A stretch of 64,000 nucleotides of DNA from the IMG/VR virus record IMGVR_UViG_3300032167_000116, positions 1 to 64,000 of that record; one strand, written 5' to 3'. The notes under the pieces are model-generated. The model was not told where the DNA came from. It was given only the letters and a program-made list of their open reading frames with translations, and did no database searches. Source of the stretch: an uncultured virus (IMG/VR IMGVR_UViG_3300032167_000116). Its lineage: Duplodnaviria > Heunggongvirae > Uroviricota > Caudoviricetes. Of the stretch, positions 1 to 8,508 are shown in pieces (the stretch's first letter is position 1; each line of letters starts with the position of its first letter). Both the position numbers and the translations under genes were made by a program.

Positions 1-1111
1 CCGCAGCATCCTTTCCGTCCTTCCCATCCCGGACAGTGACACTGAATGCACTGACCGTCTTTGCAGTGAATGATTCCACGATGCCACCAAGGACCAATTT
101 GTTTGCAGCAGGTTCAAGCAGATCAATTGACAGCTTCCTGACCAACAGATTCTGATTGATTCCGTGCGGATTGCTTGTCACATTCACATATGTTCCCACA
201 TGGAAAGATGTCACCGTCTTATCAATTGCCGCAAGATCGGCTGCTGAAAGTTCGATGATTTCCGGTGTATTGACAAGTGAAGCAAGATGTGCTTTCGCCT
301 TCCGCAGAAGGTTTGAAGCAATTGTGACATCATCCCATATATTTGTTGCAAATATCATGCCATACTCTTTGACCGCATCTTCATCGAAGATATAGTCAAG
401 GCCATCATTCACAGATTCGATTGTCAGTCTTTCTTCGGATCCTTCAAGCTTCGCACCAAGTGGAATCAGTGCCGTTGATATTTCATCACCCTTCCGGATC
501 CGCTTCATTTCAAGCAGATTCTTTGCAAACTCAATCTTCTGTGCTGACAGCAGTGTGAAGTCATTCAAATAATCAATGTAGCTGATATTTTCCTGCCTTC
601 TGATGTCCACATATCCACCATATTTGTTGATAAGTGATTCAGTAATGACTTCCCAAGTCTTCTTGTAGTCATTGGAAGTCATTGAAACTGTTTCCCCGGC
701 ATCCGTCACAGTGACATTTCCCAATGTGAACTGACGATCTGCATCAACCTGTGCATTGTGTTCTGAAATAAGCTTCTGAAGGAATTCTGTGATGCTTCCG
801 GTGAATTCATATGGCCTGATGACTGAATCAATCAGGAAGGCCATTTCCCCTTCACATTCCACATACTTTTCATTGTAGAATCCTATTTCATCATTCAGCA
901 CTCTTCCCCGGAACAACAAATAATCATCCTGATAGACAGTGATGATTGATTTCATCTTCCTGATGAATTCATATGTTGGATGATCCGGATAGATCGTGAA
1001 TGTGAAGTATCCTGTTTTGTTCAGTTCCAAATCTACCTTCGGGGAAAAGATCTTGTATTCTTCCAAACGGTCATCATAAAGCAGGAATGAATCACAAAGT
1101 ACCCGGTACAT
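1..1111 (-). CDS. Tail endopeptidase/Tal-like baseplate hub protein (module A), truncated by the window edge
   Basis: Translated by hand: starts MYRVLCDSFLLYDDRLEEY, homologous to 37664..39253, and runs off the edge in ...VRDGKDGKDAA. Confidence 0.85.
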   Translation of the reverse strand, partial: MYRVLCDSFLLYDDRLEEYKIFSPKVDLELNKTGYFTFTIYPDHPTYEFIRKMKSIITVYQDDYLLFRGRVLNDEIGFYNEKYVECEGEMAFLIDSVIRPYEFTGSITEFLQKLISEHNAQVDADRQFTLGNVTVTDAGETVSMTSNDYKKTWEVITESLINKYGGYVDIRRQENISYIDYLNDFTLLSAQKIEFAKNLLEMKRIRKGDEISTALIPLGAKLEGSEERLTIESVNDGLDYIFDEDAVKEYGMIFATNIWDDVTIASNLLRKAKAHLASLVNTPEIIELSAADLAAIDKTVTSFHVGTYVNVTSNPHGINQNLLVRKLSIDLLEPAANKLVLGGIVESFTAKTVSAFSVTVRDGKDGKDAA

Positions 1112-1112
1112 A

Positions 1113-1751
1113 TCACAACCCCCTTTCGATGTATATGAAGGTTGCTGTGCCTGCTCCGTCTAATAGAATTGTATTTTCCCCATTTACCAACCGAACCGCA
1201 GGAAGGTCATATCTGCCTTCAGAAAGCGAATAGAAATTTGATCCGAAGGTCAGATCCACTTCCCCGGTGATGTCTATTGTCGGCATCACACTTCTTTTGC
1301 TGTTCGTGAGAATGACCGTTTTCGGACCGTTCACCGGTGCTGTCACTACCGTTTCAGATAGCTTTGTTTTGTACGGATCACAATCGCAATCAATTGTCAA
1401 CTTTCCGATATTCTTATCAGCTTTCCATTCTGACACACTGATTCGCCCGGTATAATACCACTCCGGATCATCATCAAGAACGATCTGCATCTTCTGTCCA
1501 TGCAAGGCATCCTGTATATGTGAAAACTGATCCATGAAATCAGACTGCGGAACAATGCTTGAAAACTCAAAGGACAGATTCCGATTGTTATATTTAACTT
1601 CTCCGAAAACTTCCGTTAAATCAAGAACACCATCACCGCCCGGAATCTCAATGGTTTCCGTTTTTGGTGATGGTGTTCCAATTGTCTTTTGTGAAAGGAT
1701 AAGGGAAAAATCACGGTATGAATGAAAATCCCCAAAATTTACACCTTTCAT
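1113..1751 (-). CDS. Distal tail protein (Dit-like), module A
   Basis: 212 aa, MKGVNFGDFHSY...IPGGDGVLDLTE; lies directly upstream of the Tal-like gene; close homologue at 39255..39893. Confidence 0.8.
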   Translation of the reverse strand: MKGVNFGDFHSYRDFSLILSQKTIGTPSPKTETIEIPGGDGVLDLTEVFGEVKYNNRNLSFEFSSIVPQSDFMDQFSHIQDALHGQKMQIVLDDDPEWYYTGRISVSEWKADKNIGKLTIDCDCDPYKTKLSETVVTAPVNGPKTVILTNSKRSVMPTIDITGEVDLTFGSNFYSLSEGRYDLPAVRLVNGENTILLDGAGTATFIYIERGL

Positions 1752-1793
1752 ATAACCTGCCTTTCTTTGCAGTTTAGCAAGTTATCTTTTGTT

Positions 1794-2246
1794 TTATTCC
1801 GTTACTGCTTCCCATCCCTGCGGATATTCAGAAGGCTTCCAAACATTGTTGTCAATCAAGGAACGATATACAACATCATCTTCGGTGCAACAATCCCCTG
1901 TGCCATAAGGACTTGTGGAAATTGCCACATACGGAAGTGCGTGTTTCGGATCCTGTGACCACTTGAATCCCCACTGTGCAGGCAAATCTTCCGGTTCCGC
2001 TGTGAATACAGTGCTGTCATACGGCTGCAACAGCTTCACAACTCTGCCCTGCGGAGAACGACACACAAAACCCACCGGACGATCAAGCATATTGCACTTT
2101 GCACATGCTGCATAGAAAGAAGGAATGAAACCATATTCTTCATACAGTTCGGTTCCGGTCATACTCTCTGCTTTCTCCTGCAATTCCTCTGCAACTTTTC
2201 TTCCATACTTTCGCATGGTGTCTAACACAAAATCTTTGCTTGTCAT
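1794..2246 (-). CDS. Tail-associated protein with a putative carbohydrate-binding (CBM5/12-like) C-terminus
   Basis: YGTGDCC..DDVVYRSLIDNNVWKPSEYPQGW motif; tail locus. Confidence 0.55.
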   Translation of the reverse strand: MTSKDFVLDTMRKYGRKVAEELQEKAESMTGTELYEEYGFIPSFYAACAKCNMLDRPVGFVCRSPQGRVVKLLQPYDSTVFTAEPEDLPAQWGFKWSQDPKHALPYVAISTSPYGTGDCCTEDDVVYRSLIDNNVWKPSEYPQGWEAVTE

Positions 2247-2620
2247 ACCTCATTCACCCCTTCCTCGATTGCGAGTGCCATTTCATCCCACACGTTACTG
2301 TCGGAAGACGGTGTTTCGGGTTCCGGTGTCGGAATCTCCGGAATCTCTCTCGGAGTAAACTCCACAACCTCAGTTCCGTCCTCATTCAGTACAATGTCAC
2401 AGAACCCTTTCGTTTCAAGAATATCTGCAACCATATCATCGGGAACAACCGCATAATCTTCATACGGATTTTCACTCCATGCGGAATTAGTCTGAATGTC
2501 CCTCACCGCATACTCTCCCGTAGTTCCCTTGGAAATAACACAGAAAGGATTTACCCTCTGCGGAATTTCAACGATTTCTTCCTCAATCGGAGTTTCGATA
2601 TTTTCTAAGATTTCGCTCAT
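2243..2620 (-). CDS. Acidic tail-fibre-associated hypothetical protein
   Basis: RBS AGAAAGGAG; homologue at 40335..40649. Confidence 0.7.
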   Translation of the reverse strand: MSEILENIETPIEEEIVEIPQRVNPFCVISKGTTGEYAVRDIQTNSAWSENPYEDYAVVPDDMVADILETKGFCDIVLNEDGTEVVEFTPREIPEIPTPEPETPSSDSNVWDEMALAIEEGVNEV

Positions 2621-2634
2621 GGTATGCTCCTTTC

Positions 2635-3309
2635 TTATAACAGCTCATAATAATAGCTTCCGCCACTAGCATTAAACAGTTCCGATGTTGTAGCCATATA
2701 CAAATTTCCTCCACCATCTCTCGTCCAATACGCATCTGAGCCAGTAACTACCACACCACCCTTTCTTCCGATATATCCGCTTTCTGTTACGATTGCAAAA
2801 TCTTCCGAACTAACCCTTCTAACCATGATACAGTTACCAACTCCACCGACTTTTACAGTTCTTGCCGTAGCACTACCATTTCCAGTGTAAGTGCCAGTAG
2901 GCTTGTTGCCAGTGTGGAGAAGGTCACTTACTACACCACCTGTACTCATAAATGCAGGGTTGTTGATTGCAGAAAAGCCCAAATAACCCATATCGCCAAC
3001 CGTACTCTTATACTGAACGTAATTTACTCCATGTGTTGGATTTGTATTGTTTAAGGTTAATGTTGCCGCTTGTGCAGTCTTGACTTCCATTGTCGCACTA
3101 TTAACAAGCGGTAAGTAGTTCGCAAGGTCAACCGCTATTCCTAACCTCTGCCAATATGCTGTGTTGCTGTCCGATGGTGTCTGCCCGGTGCAAGCCTGCT
3201 TGCATACCCACGATGCCCCGGAATGGTTTACAATATCAAGCATTGCGTATGTAGTGGATGCCGAATAGTCACCCTTCGGCATCAATAAAATTCTTCCTGC
3301 GTTTTCCAT
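2635..3309 (-). CDS. Putative tail fibre/receptor-binding protein (module B)
   Basis: Starts MENAGRILLMPKGDY, with the ATG overlapping the upstream TAA. Has the fibre-type LLHTGNKPTGTYTGNG motif and variable segments versus 40664..41308. Confidence 0.7.
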   Translation of the reverse strand: MENAGRILLMPKGDYSASTTYAMLDIVNHSGASWVCKQACTGQTPSDSNTAYWQRLGIAVDLANYLPLVNSATMEVKTAQAATLTLNNTNPTHGVNYVQYKSTVGDMGYLGFSAINNPAFMSTGGVVSDLLHTGNKPTGTYTGNGSATARTVKVGGVGNCIMVRRVSSEDFAIVTESGYIGRKGGVVVTGSDAYWTRDGGGNLYMATTSELFNASGGSYYYELL

Positions 3310-3446
3310 TATCGCACCCCCCATTCGAGATTTCCGCTTTGGTTATTTACTGCGAACACATACTTCGGTGCATTGTATTCCAAATTCCCGGTTGTAAAGT
3401 TCACAGCAAATTGTGTGTTGTGTGTTATCTGCCGGACTTCTTCCAA
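3124..3446 (+). repeat. 323-bp direct repeat, copy 1 (copy 2 at 41123..41445)
   Basis: Compared by eye: 3 mismatches (3137, 3160, 3395) and an identical core at 3161..3394. Confidence 0.95.
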
Positions 3447-3719
3447 GGCATCCACACACACTTCTTCACTTGCCTTTGCCTTGTTTTCACTTGCCGCCGC
3501 CGCGCTTGCACTTCCTGCCGCGGCATTTGCCGATGCCTGCGCATTTGCCGCACTTGCCGCCGCTTCCGTGATGGGTGCCTGCATATTCAAATCAAGTTCG
3601 ATTATGCGATTATCCAGTTCATCAATCGCGGCATCCATCTTGTTCATGTTTGTTTCGTTCAATGGCGTTTTCCCGGAAGGATAGTTTTCCCATTCAATCC
3701 GCCTGTACGCTTTCTGCAT
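3309..3719 (-). CDS. Tail-tip/fibre adaptor-like protein with an Ala-rich coiled coil (module B)
   Basis: WENYPSGKTPLNETNMNKMD motif seen in phage fibre N-termini; homologue at 41308..41697. Confidence 0.7.
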   Translation of the reverse strand: MQKAYRRIEWENYPSGKTPLNETNMNKMDAAIDELDNRIIELDLNMQAPITEAAASAANAQASANAAAGSASAAAASENKAKASEEVCVDALEEVRQITHNTQFAVNFTTGNLEYNAPKYVFAVNNQSGNLEWGVR

Positions 3720-3891
3720 CTTTTGCCACCTCGCTTTCCGCTTCCGTCTGCAAAGCTATTGCAACCTGCCGCCGCACTGCCGCAAGGGTGTTTTCCACTA
3801 CCATTTCGACTATACAGGGCGGCAAGCCGCTTTTATTTATCGTGTTCACCAAATCCTCTTGAAACTTCTTCGTTGCTGTGTTGATTCCCAT
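3694..3891 (-). CDS. Small conserved tail-module protein
   Basis: 65 aa; the homologue at 41666..41869 has the same overlap with the downstream gene. Confidence 0.7.
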   Translation of the reverse strand: MGINTATKKFQEDLVNTINKSGLPPCIVEMVVENTLAAVRRQVAIALQTEAESEVAKDAESVQAD

Positions 3892-3894
3892 GCC

Positions 3895-5781
3895 TTACAC
3901 CACCTTTGCTTCAAGTGCTTCCAATCTTTCATTGATTACCGCAATCTTTCCCTGCACCCAACCTGTACTTGCAATATTGCCGTACTTATAACCACTTTCC
4001 GCTTGATAACCATTCGCGGACATAATATTGATGTTTCCGATAGTGGTATATGAAATGGTTGTATTTGCGCTATTCAACGAAACCGATGCGGAAATAGAAT
4101 CATTGGTTGTCAAAACACGGTACCCATCCACATAAAAACCGCCTGTTCCCGGCGTTACAACTCGAAGCTGATTGTTGTATAGTTCAATTCGAGAAACGGT
4201 ATTTCCGCCACTTCTAAACCAAACAGCATGGGAACCGTAAATAATTTCATTTCCATTGCTTGCAGTAACCTCAATACCGGAATCCCCTATCTCAACAGTA
4301 TGATAAGAGTTTTTGATTTTAAGATTTCCGTTTGCATCAATGGAGAAATTTCCGCCGCCTGCCGAAACATAGCCATCAAGATTGATTTGCCCTGCTGTGA
4401 TAGTAATTTCATTCAACGCAATGTCAATCATGGTATCTACTTCGCCTGCGGTAACGCGAAGGGAAATCTGATCCGAAAGTTCCGTGATGCTCGATGCAGT
4501 ATTATTCGCCAAATCTTCCACAGATAGATTTATGGCATCCGCAGTCTGCTTTATTTCAGAACTCAACCCTTTGTTTACATCCTCAATCCGGGATTTCGTT
4601 TCTTCCACCGTCCGGGAAAGGATGTTGGTCTTTCCCTTCAACTGCAAAATGGACTGTTGCACCGAATTTACATTGTCGGAATAGGTTTCTTCGCCGTTTG
4701 CATCGTAGGTGTCAAACAACGCCTGTATGCCCTTCAATGTGCGCTCCAAAATGTAGGTTTCCACGATTTGCCGCTGTGTCACTATGCGGATTCCGCTTCC
4801 GACTTCCATGCACGGATTGCCGATTGCTGTTACTCTTGCCGGGCGATACCATAAAACACTGATAATGTCAAATAGCTTCTGCCCGATTGCTTCCAGTGCC
4901 GCCGCATCCTTGCCATACACAAGGAAATTATCTTCAACGATATAGCAATTCTCACCATTGCCGATGATGCACCCGATATCGTTTTCTTCCTGCCGGATTT
5001 GCAGTTTCCCGATTCGCTTTGTGGTGTAATCTTCGTACTTGCATTCCTTGTAGTAATGCGCGGATATGGTTTCGGTACCGGAAGGAAACAAATCTTCCGC
5101 CGGGAATAATTCGTTCGAAGGGAAAAGCCCTGCCACAAATTCTTCAAGCACGACATACTGCATCTTTCCACTCCGCCCGATATGCCCGAAGCATCCGTTG
5201 ATTTCGCAAATAGCCGAAAGCACATCTTTTCCACTTAACACTTTCGGATCAATAGTACGCTCCACAACCATTTCATCATTTGGCAGGGTGATTTCTTCCT
5301 GCTCCACGCCAAAATGCTCCATGAAGGAATCGCGGAACTCCCGAAGGGTGATTGTGCTGTCCTCTTTCGGAAGAATGCTGTTATACCATGCCGCCACATC
5401 CGCTTTGATGATATCGTACATGGCATCATGCGCCACAATATCCCGGAATCGTCTGTCTGCTGTCGGTTTGTCGGATGTTACCTTATAGGTGCCAAGCACA
5501 AAAGGTTCCACAATATCCCCGACATACATTGACACCGTAAAGGTTTCCCCGATAAGCGGAATCACATTGCCAATGATGCGCAGCTTAAATACCGATGCTT
5601 CGCAGGAACCGAAACGAAGTTCCGGTTCCGAACAAAGGCTTTCGGAGATTTCCATGCTTTCCGATACAATATCTTCGTTGCGAAGCGTGACAGAAAGATT
5701 CGGGAAATGGATAATCAGTCTTTTGGCAATGCCCGACTGATTGAAAAGTTCCTTAAATTCTTTTGTATCTGCCATCGTCAA
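3895..5781 (-). CDS. Tail-tip/baseplate hub (Tal-like) protein with a coiled-coil region (module B)
   Basis: 628 aa; ESLCSEPELRFGSCEAS N-terminal hub, SSEIKQTADAI coiled coil, ITITAGQINLDG motif; homologue at 41874..43928. Confidence 0.75.
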   Translation of the reverse strand: MTMADTKEFKELFNQSGIAKRLIIHFPNLSVTLRNEDIVSESMEISESLCSEPELRFGSCEASVFKLRIIGNVIPLIGETFTVSMYVGDIVEPFVLGTYKVTSDKPTADRRFRDIVAHDAMYDIIKADVAAWYNSILPKEDSTITLREFRDSFMEHFGVEQEEITLPNDEMVVERTIDPKVLSGKDVLSAICEINGCFGHIGRSGKMQYVVLEEFVAGLFPSNELFPAEDLFPSGTETISAHYYKECKYEDYTTKRIGKLQIRQEENDIGCIIGNGENCYIVEDNFLVYGKDAAALEAIGQKLFDIISVLWYRPARVTAIGNPCMEVGSGIRIVTQRQIVETYILERTLKGIQALFDTYDANGEETYSDNVNSVQQSILQLKGKTNILSRTVEETKSRIEDVNKGLSSEIKQTADAINLSVEDLANNTASSITELSDQISLRVTAGEVDTMIDIALNEITITAGQINLDGYVSAGGGNFSIDANGNLKIKNSYHTVEIGDSGIEVTASNGNEIIYGSHAVWFRSGGNTVSRIELYNNQLRVVTPGTGGFYVDGYRVLTTNDSISASVSLNSANTTISYTTIGNINIMSANGYQAESGYKYGNIASTGWVQGKIAVINERLEALEAKVV

Positions 5782-6152
5782 TTCTCCTTTAACTTAACAA
5801 GGATTTCACCATACCGGATTCCGCCTGCGGCGTGCTTGTGTGGTGTTTTCATATCTTCCACACGGAAAACACCTGTTGCATATGCTCCGGTTGTGTCGTT
5901 CCAATATTCCACAAATACATTGCGTTCCGGAAATGCAGACATAATCGCAAGATGTTCTTCCATGTCATGTTCCCGGATGGTGAAATTTATTTCCATCTTC
6001 TTTACCGGGCTTAATTCCTCATGCGGATTGCCTGCGGCATCGTAATAGGATGCAAGTACGCGGCTTTTCGGCATGGAATTATAGCTTCCGCGCTTAATCA
6101 TAAAATCACTAATGATGGTTCCATTGACTTTGATTCTATAACCTTGATACAT
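5778..6152 (-). CDS. Small distal-tail-like protein (module B)
   Basis: 124 aa, between TMP-B and the hub gene, in the position and size class of compact Dit proteins; homologue at 43925..44305. Confidence 0.6.
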   Translation of the reverse strand: MYQGYRIKVNGTIISDFMIKRGSYNSMPKSRVLASYYDAAGNPHEELSPVKKMEINFTIREHDMEEHLAIMSAFPERNVFVEYWNDTTGAYATGVFRVEDMKTPHKHAAGGIRYGEILVKLKEN

Positions 6153-6163
6153 ACTGAACCCCC

Positions 6164-8449
6164 TTACGCAAACGCCGGATTCCCGGTTTTCTGTGTGTAT
6201 TCACGCGCTCTGTCACGCACTACACGGAAAATGCCGCTTTCGTCCGTTTCGATTCTCTGTGTATTCTGCAATTCCGGTATTACCTCGCGGATAGCTTCAA
6301 CAACCGCATAGGAAAGACGGTCATAATCAATTCCGCCGCCGATGCCCTGCATTGCCATATCCTGCGCAACCCTGCCAATCCACTTTTCGTTCTGATCTAA
6401 CGGAACAACCGCTTCTGCGCCGTTTCCTTCAAGGAATCCAACCTGCCCTTTTTCAAGGATGCCGCCGCGCTCCAGTTTCGGAATCAGCGGAATGTTGATG
6501 CCCTTGCCGCCTATTTCCGGAACCCAATCCGGAATCTGTAATTTGTTCAATCCGCCAATCAGCGCATTCACCGCATCAATAATGAGATTGATAGGCGTTT
6601 TTACTGCCGTTACCAAGCCTTCAAAAATGCCTGTCACAAAGTCAACCAACGCCTGCCAAGCCTTCTCCCAATCTCCGGTGAAAACTGCGGTGATAAAGTC
6701 AATAATTCCGGTAAGACAAGGCTTTAAGGTGTTTTCCCACATATTCTTGATATGTTCGAAACAAGTATCAACCGCCGGACCGATGAAGTTTGTAAACACT
6801 TCTTCGAATACAGGTGCCAAGACTTCATCAATGAATTTGCCGATTGCTTCAAAGCACGGCTTCAAGTGTTCTTCCCAAATTACACCGATATCAGAAAAAC
6901 AGCCCGAAACAAATTCCTTGATTTCCGGCATCTTCTCGGAAAATACATCACGCACGGTGCCAACGCAGGATTGAATCAGTTCCCAAATCGGCGCACCTAA
7001 TGTTTCCCATGTTGTGGAAAGCACATCCCAAAGCCCGGTGAAAAGCCCTTCGATGTTAACGAAGGATTCTTCGAAGGTGGCTTCCGTTCCAAGCAATCCG
7101 CCTGCAATCATGTTCCAAATTTGCGCAAAAAGCCCGGTCACGGCTTCCAGTAATACCGGGAACGCCGCCGCAAGCCCTTCGGCAATCTGTGATAAAATCT
7201 TCGGAAGCTGCTCGACAATAAGCTGAATAATATCCGGCAATGCTTCAATCAGTGCCAATGTCAACTGCACTGCACAATCAATCAAGGAAGTAATAATTCC
7301 GGAATCGACTATGCCCTCAATCAGTCCCGGCAGGGCATCGCATAGCATTTCCATCAACTGCGGAAGCGCACCAACGATTGCTTCAAATATCTTCATTGCC
7401 CCATCAATAAAAAGCGGAAGAACATCAATCAATGCTCCAAGAATATCCGGAAGCGCATCTGCAAGGCTTCCTATCAAGGACACCGCCGCAGAAATAACCG
7501 TGGGCAATAACGAAGAAATCAATTTCGGGATAGCTTTTGCGATTTTCGGTGCCAATTTCGGTATCAATTCGACAATCTTTTTCAAGATTATTTCTACCCT
7601 CGGAATCACATTGCCTGCCACGGTGATTGCACTTTCGCTGAATAGGTCAAGCAATCCGCCAATATCGGCATTTTCATTTCCCAATCCTGCGACAAGGTTT
7701 TTCCATGCGGATTTCATGGACGAAATAGAACCGGAGATTGTGGAACTTGCTTCCTTCGCCGTGGTTCCTGTGATACCAATTTCCGTTTGTATTACATGGA
7801 TTGCATCTACTACATCCGCATAACTGGAAATGTCGTATTCAATCCCGGAGATTGCCTGCGCATCCCGAAGAAGGCGTTGCATTTCTTCCTTGGTTCCGCC
7901 GTAGCCCAACTTTAAATTGTCAAGCATGGTGTAGTTCTGCTTTGCGAAGCCTTGATAAGCATTTTGGATGCTTTCCATGCTCGTTCCCATCTTGTTTGCA
8001 TTGTCGGACATATCCGTGATTGCCAAATTCGCCTTTTCTGCCGCCTTTGCTGTGTCACCGTCCAAACTCTGAATCAAGGATGCAGAAAAGGATGTGACGG
8101 TTTCCATGTACTCATTCGCGGACATTCCGGCTGTTTTATATGCGTTTTCCGCATATTTTAGTACCGTTTCTCCGCTGTTCTTGAAAAGCGTTTCTACACC
8201 GCCTACAAGCTGTTCATAGTCTGCATATCCATCCAATGCACTTTTGGTAAGTGCCACAACCGCCGCGCCACCTGCCGCAAGCCCTGCGGCAACGGTCTTT
8301 CCGACTTTCACCGCCGCTGAACCGACTTTGCCAAATGCCGATCCGATTTTCCCATGCGATTTTTCTGCCTTATCGACAGTTTCATCAATAGCTGCATTCG
8401 CTCCGCTGTTGTCAATAGCTACCGTTCCAAGTAGCCTAAAAAGTTCCAT
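6164..8449 (-). CDS. Tape measure protein B
   Basis: 761 aa; MELFRLLGTVAIDN start, YADYEQLVGGVETLF/QGFAKQNYTMLDNLKLGYGG TMP motifs, amphipathic repeats, GAEAVVPL motif. Confidence 0.9.
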   Translation of the reverse strand: MELFRLLGTVAIDNSGANAAIDETVDKAEKSHGKIGSAFGKVGSAAVKVGKTVAAGLAAGGAAVVALTKSALDGYADYEQLVGGVETLFKNSGETVLKYAENAYKTAGMSANEYMETVTSFSASLIQSLDGDTAKAAEKANLAITDMSDNANKMGTSMESIQNAYQGFAKQNYTMLDNLKLGYGGTKEEMQRLLRDAQAISGIEYDISSYADVVDAIHVIQTEIGITGTTAKEASSTISGSISSMKSAWKNLVAGLGNENADIGGLLDLFSESAITVAGNVIPRVEIILKKIVELIPKLAPKIAKAIPKLISSLLPTVISAAVSLIGSLADALPDILGALIDVLPLFIDGAMKIFEAIVGALPQLMEMLCDALPGLIEGIVDSGIITSLIDCAVQLTLALIEALPDIIQLIVEQLPKILSQIAEGLAAAFPVLLEAVTGLFAQIWNMIAGGLLGTEATFEESFVNIEGLFTGLWDVLSTTWETLGAPIWELIQSCVGTVRDVFSEKMPEIKEFVSGCFSDIGVIWEEHLKPCFEAIGKFIDEVLAPVFEEVFTNFIGPAVDTCFEHIKNMWENTLKPCLTGIIDFITAVFTGDWEKAWQALVDFVTGIFEGLVTAVKTPINLIIDAVNALIGGLNKLQIPDWVPEIGGKGINIPLIPKLERGGILEKGQVGFLEGNGAEAVVPLDQNEKWIGRVAQDMAMQGIGGGIDYDRLSYAVVEAIREVIPELQNTQRIETDESGIFRVVRDRAREYTQKTGNPAFA

Positions 8450-8475
8450 AAGGGATTCACCCCCTTCTTTTGTTC
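8450..8475 (-). promoter_or_regulatory. Conserved RBS hairpin ahead of TMP-B (GAACAAAAGAAGGGGGTGAATCCCTT-ATG)
   Basis: Identical at 46433..46458; AAGGG can pair with CCCTT. Confidence 0.55.
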
Positions 8476-8508
8476 ATTAAAAAACACACGGCGTGTGTTT
8501 CCGTGCGT

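Noticed and set aside
2635..3309. Diversity-generating retroelement acting on the fibre gene
   Set aside because: There is no reverse transcriptase in the window, and differences between copies are wholesale segment replacements, not adenine-specific changes.
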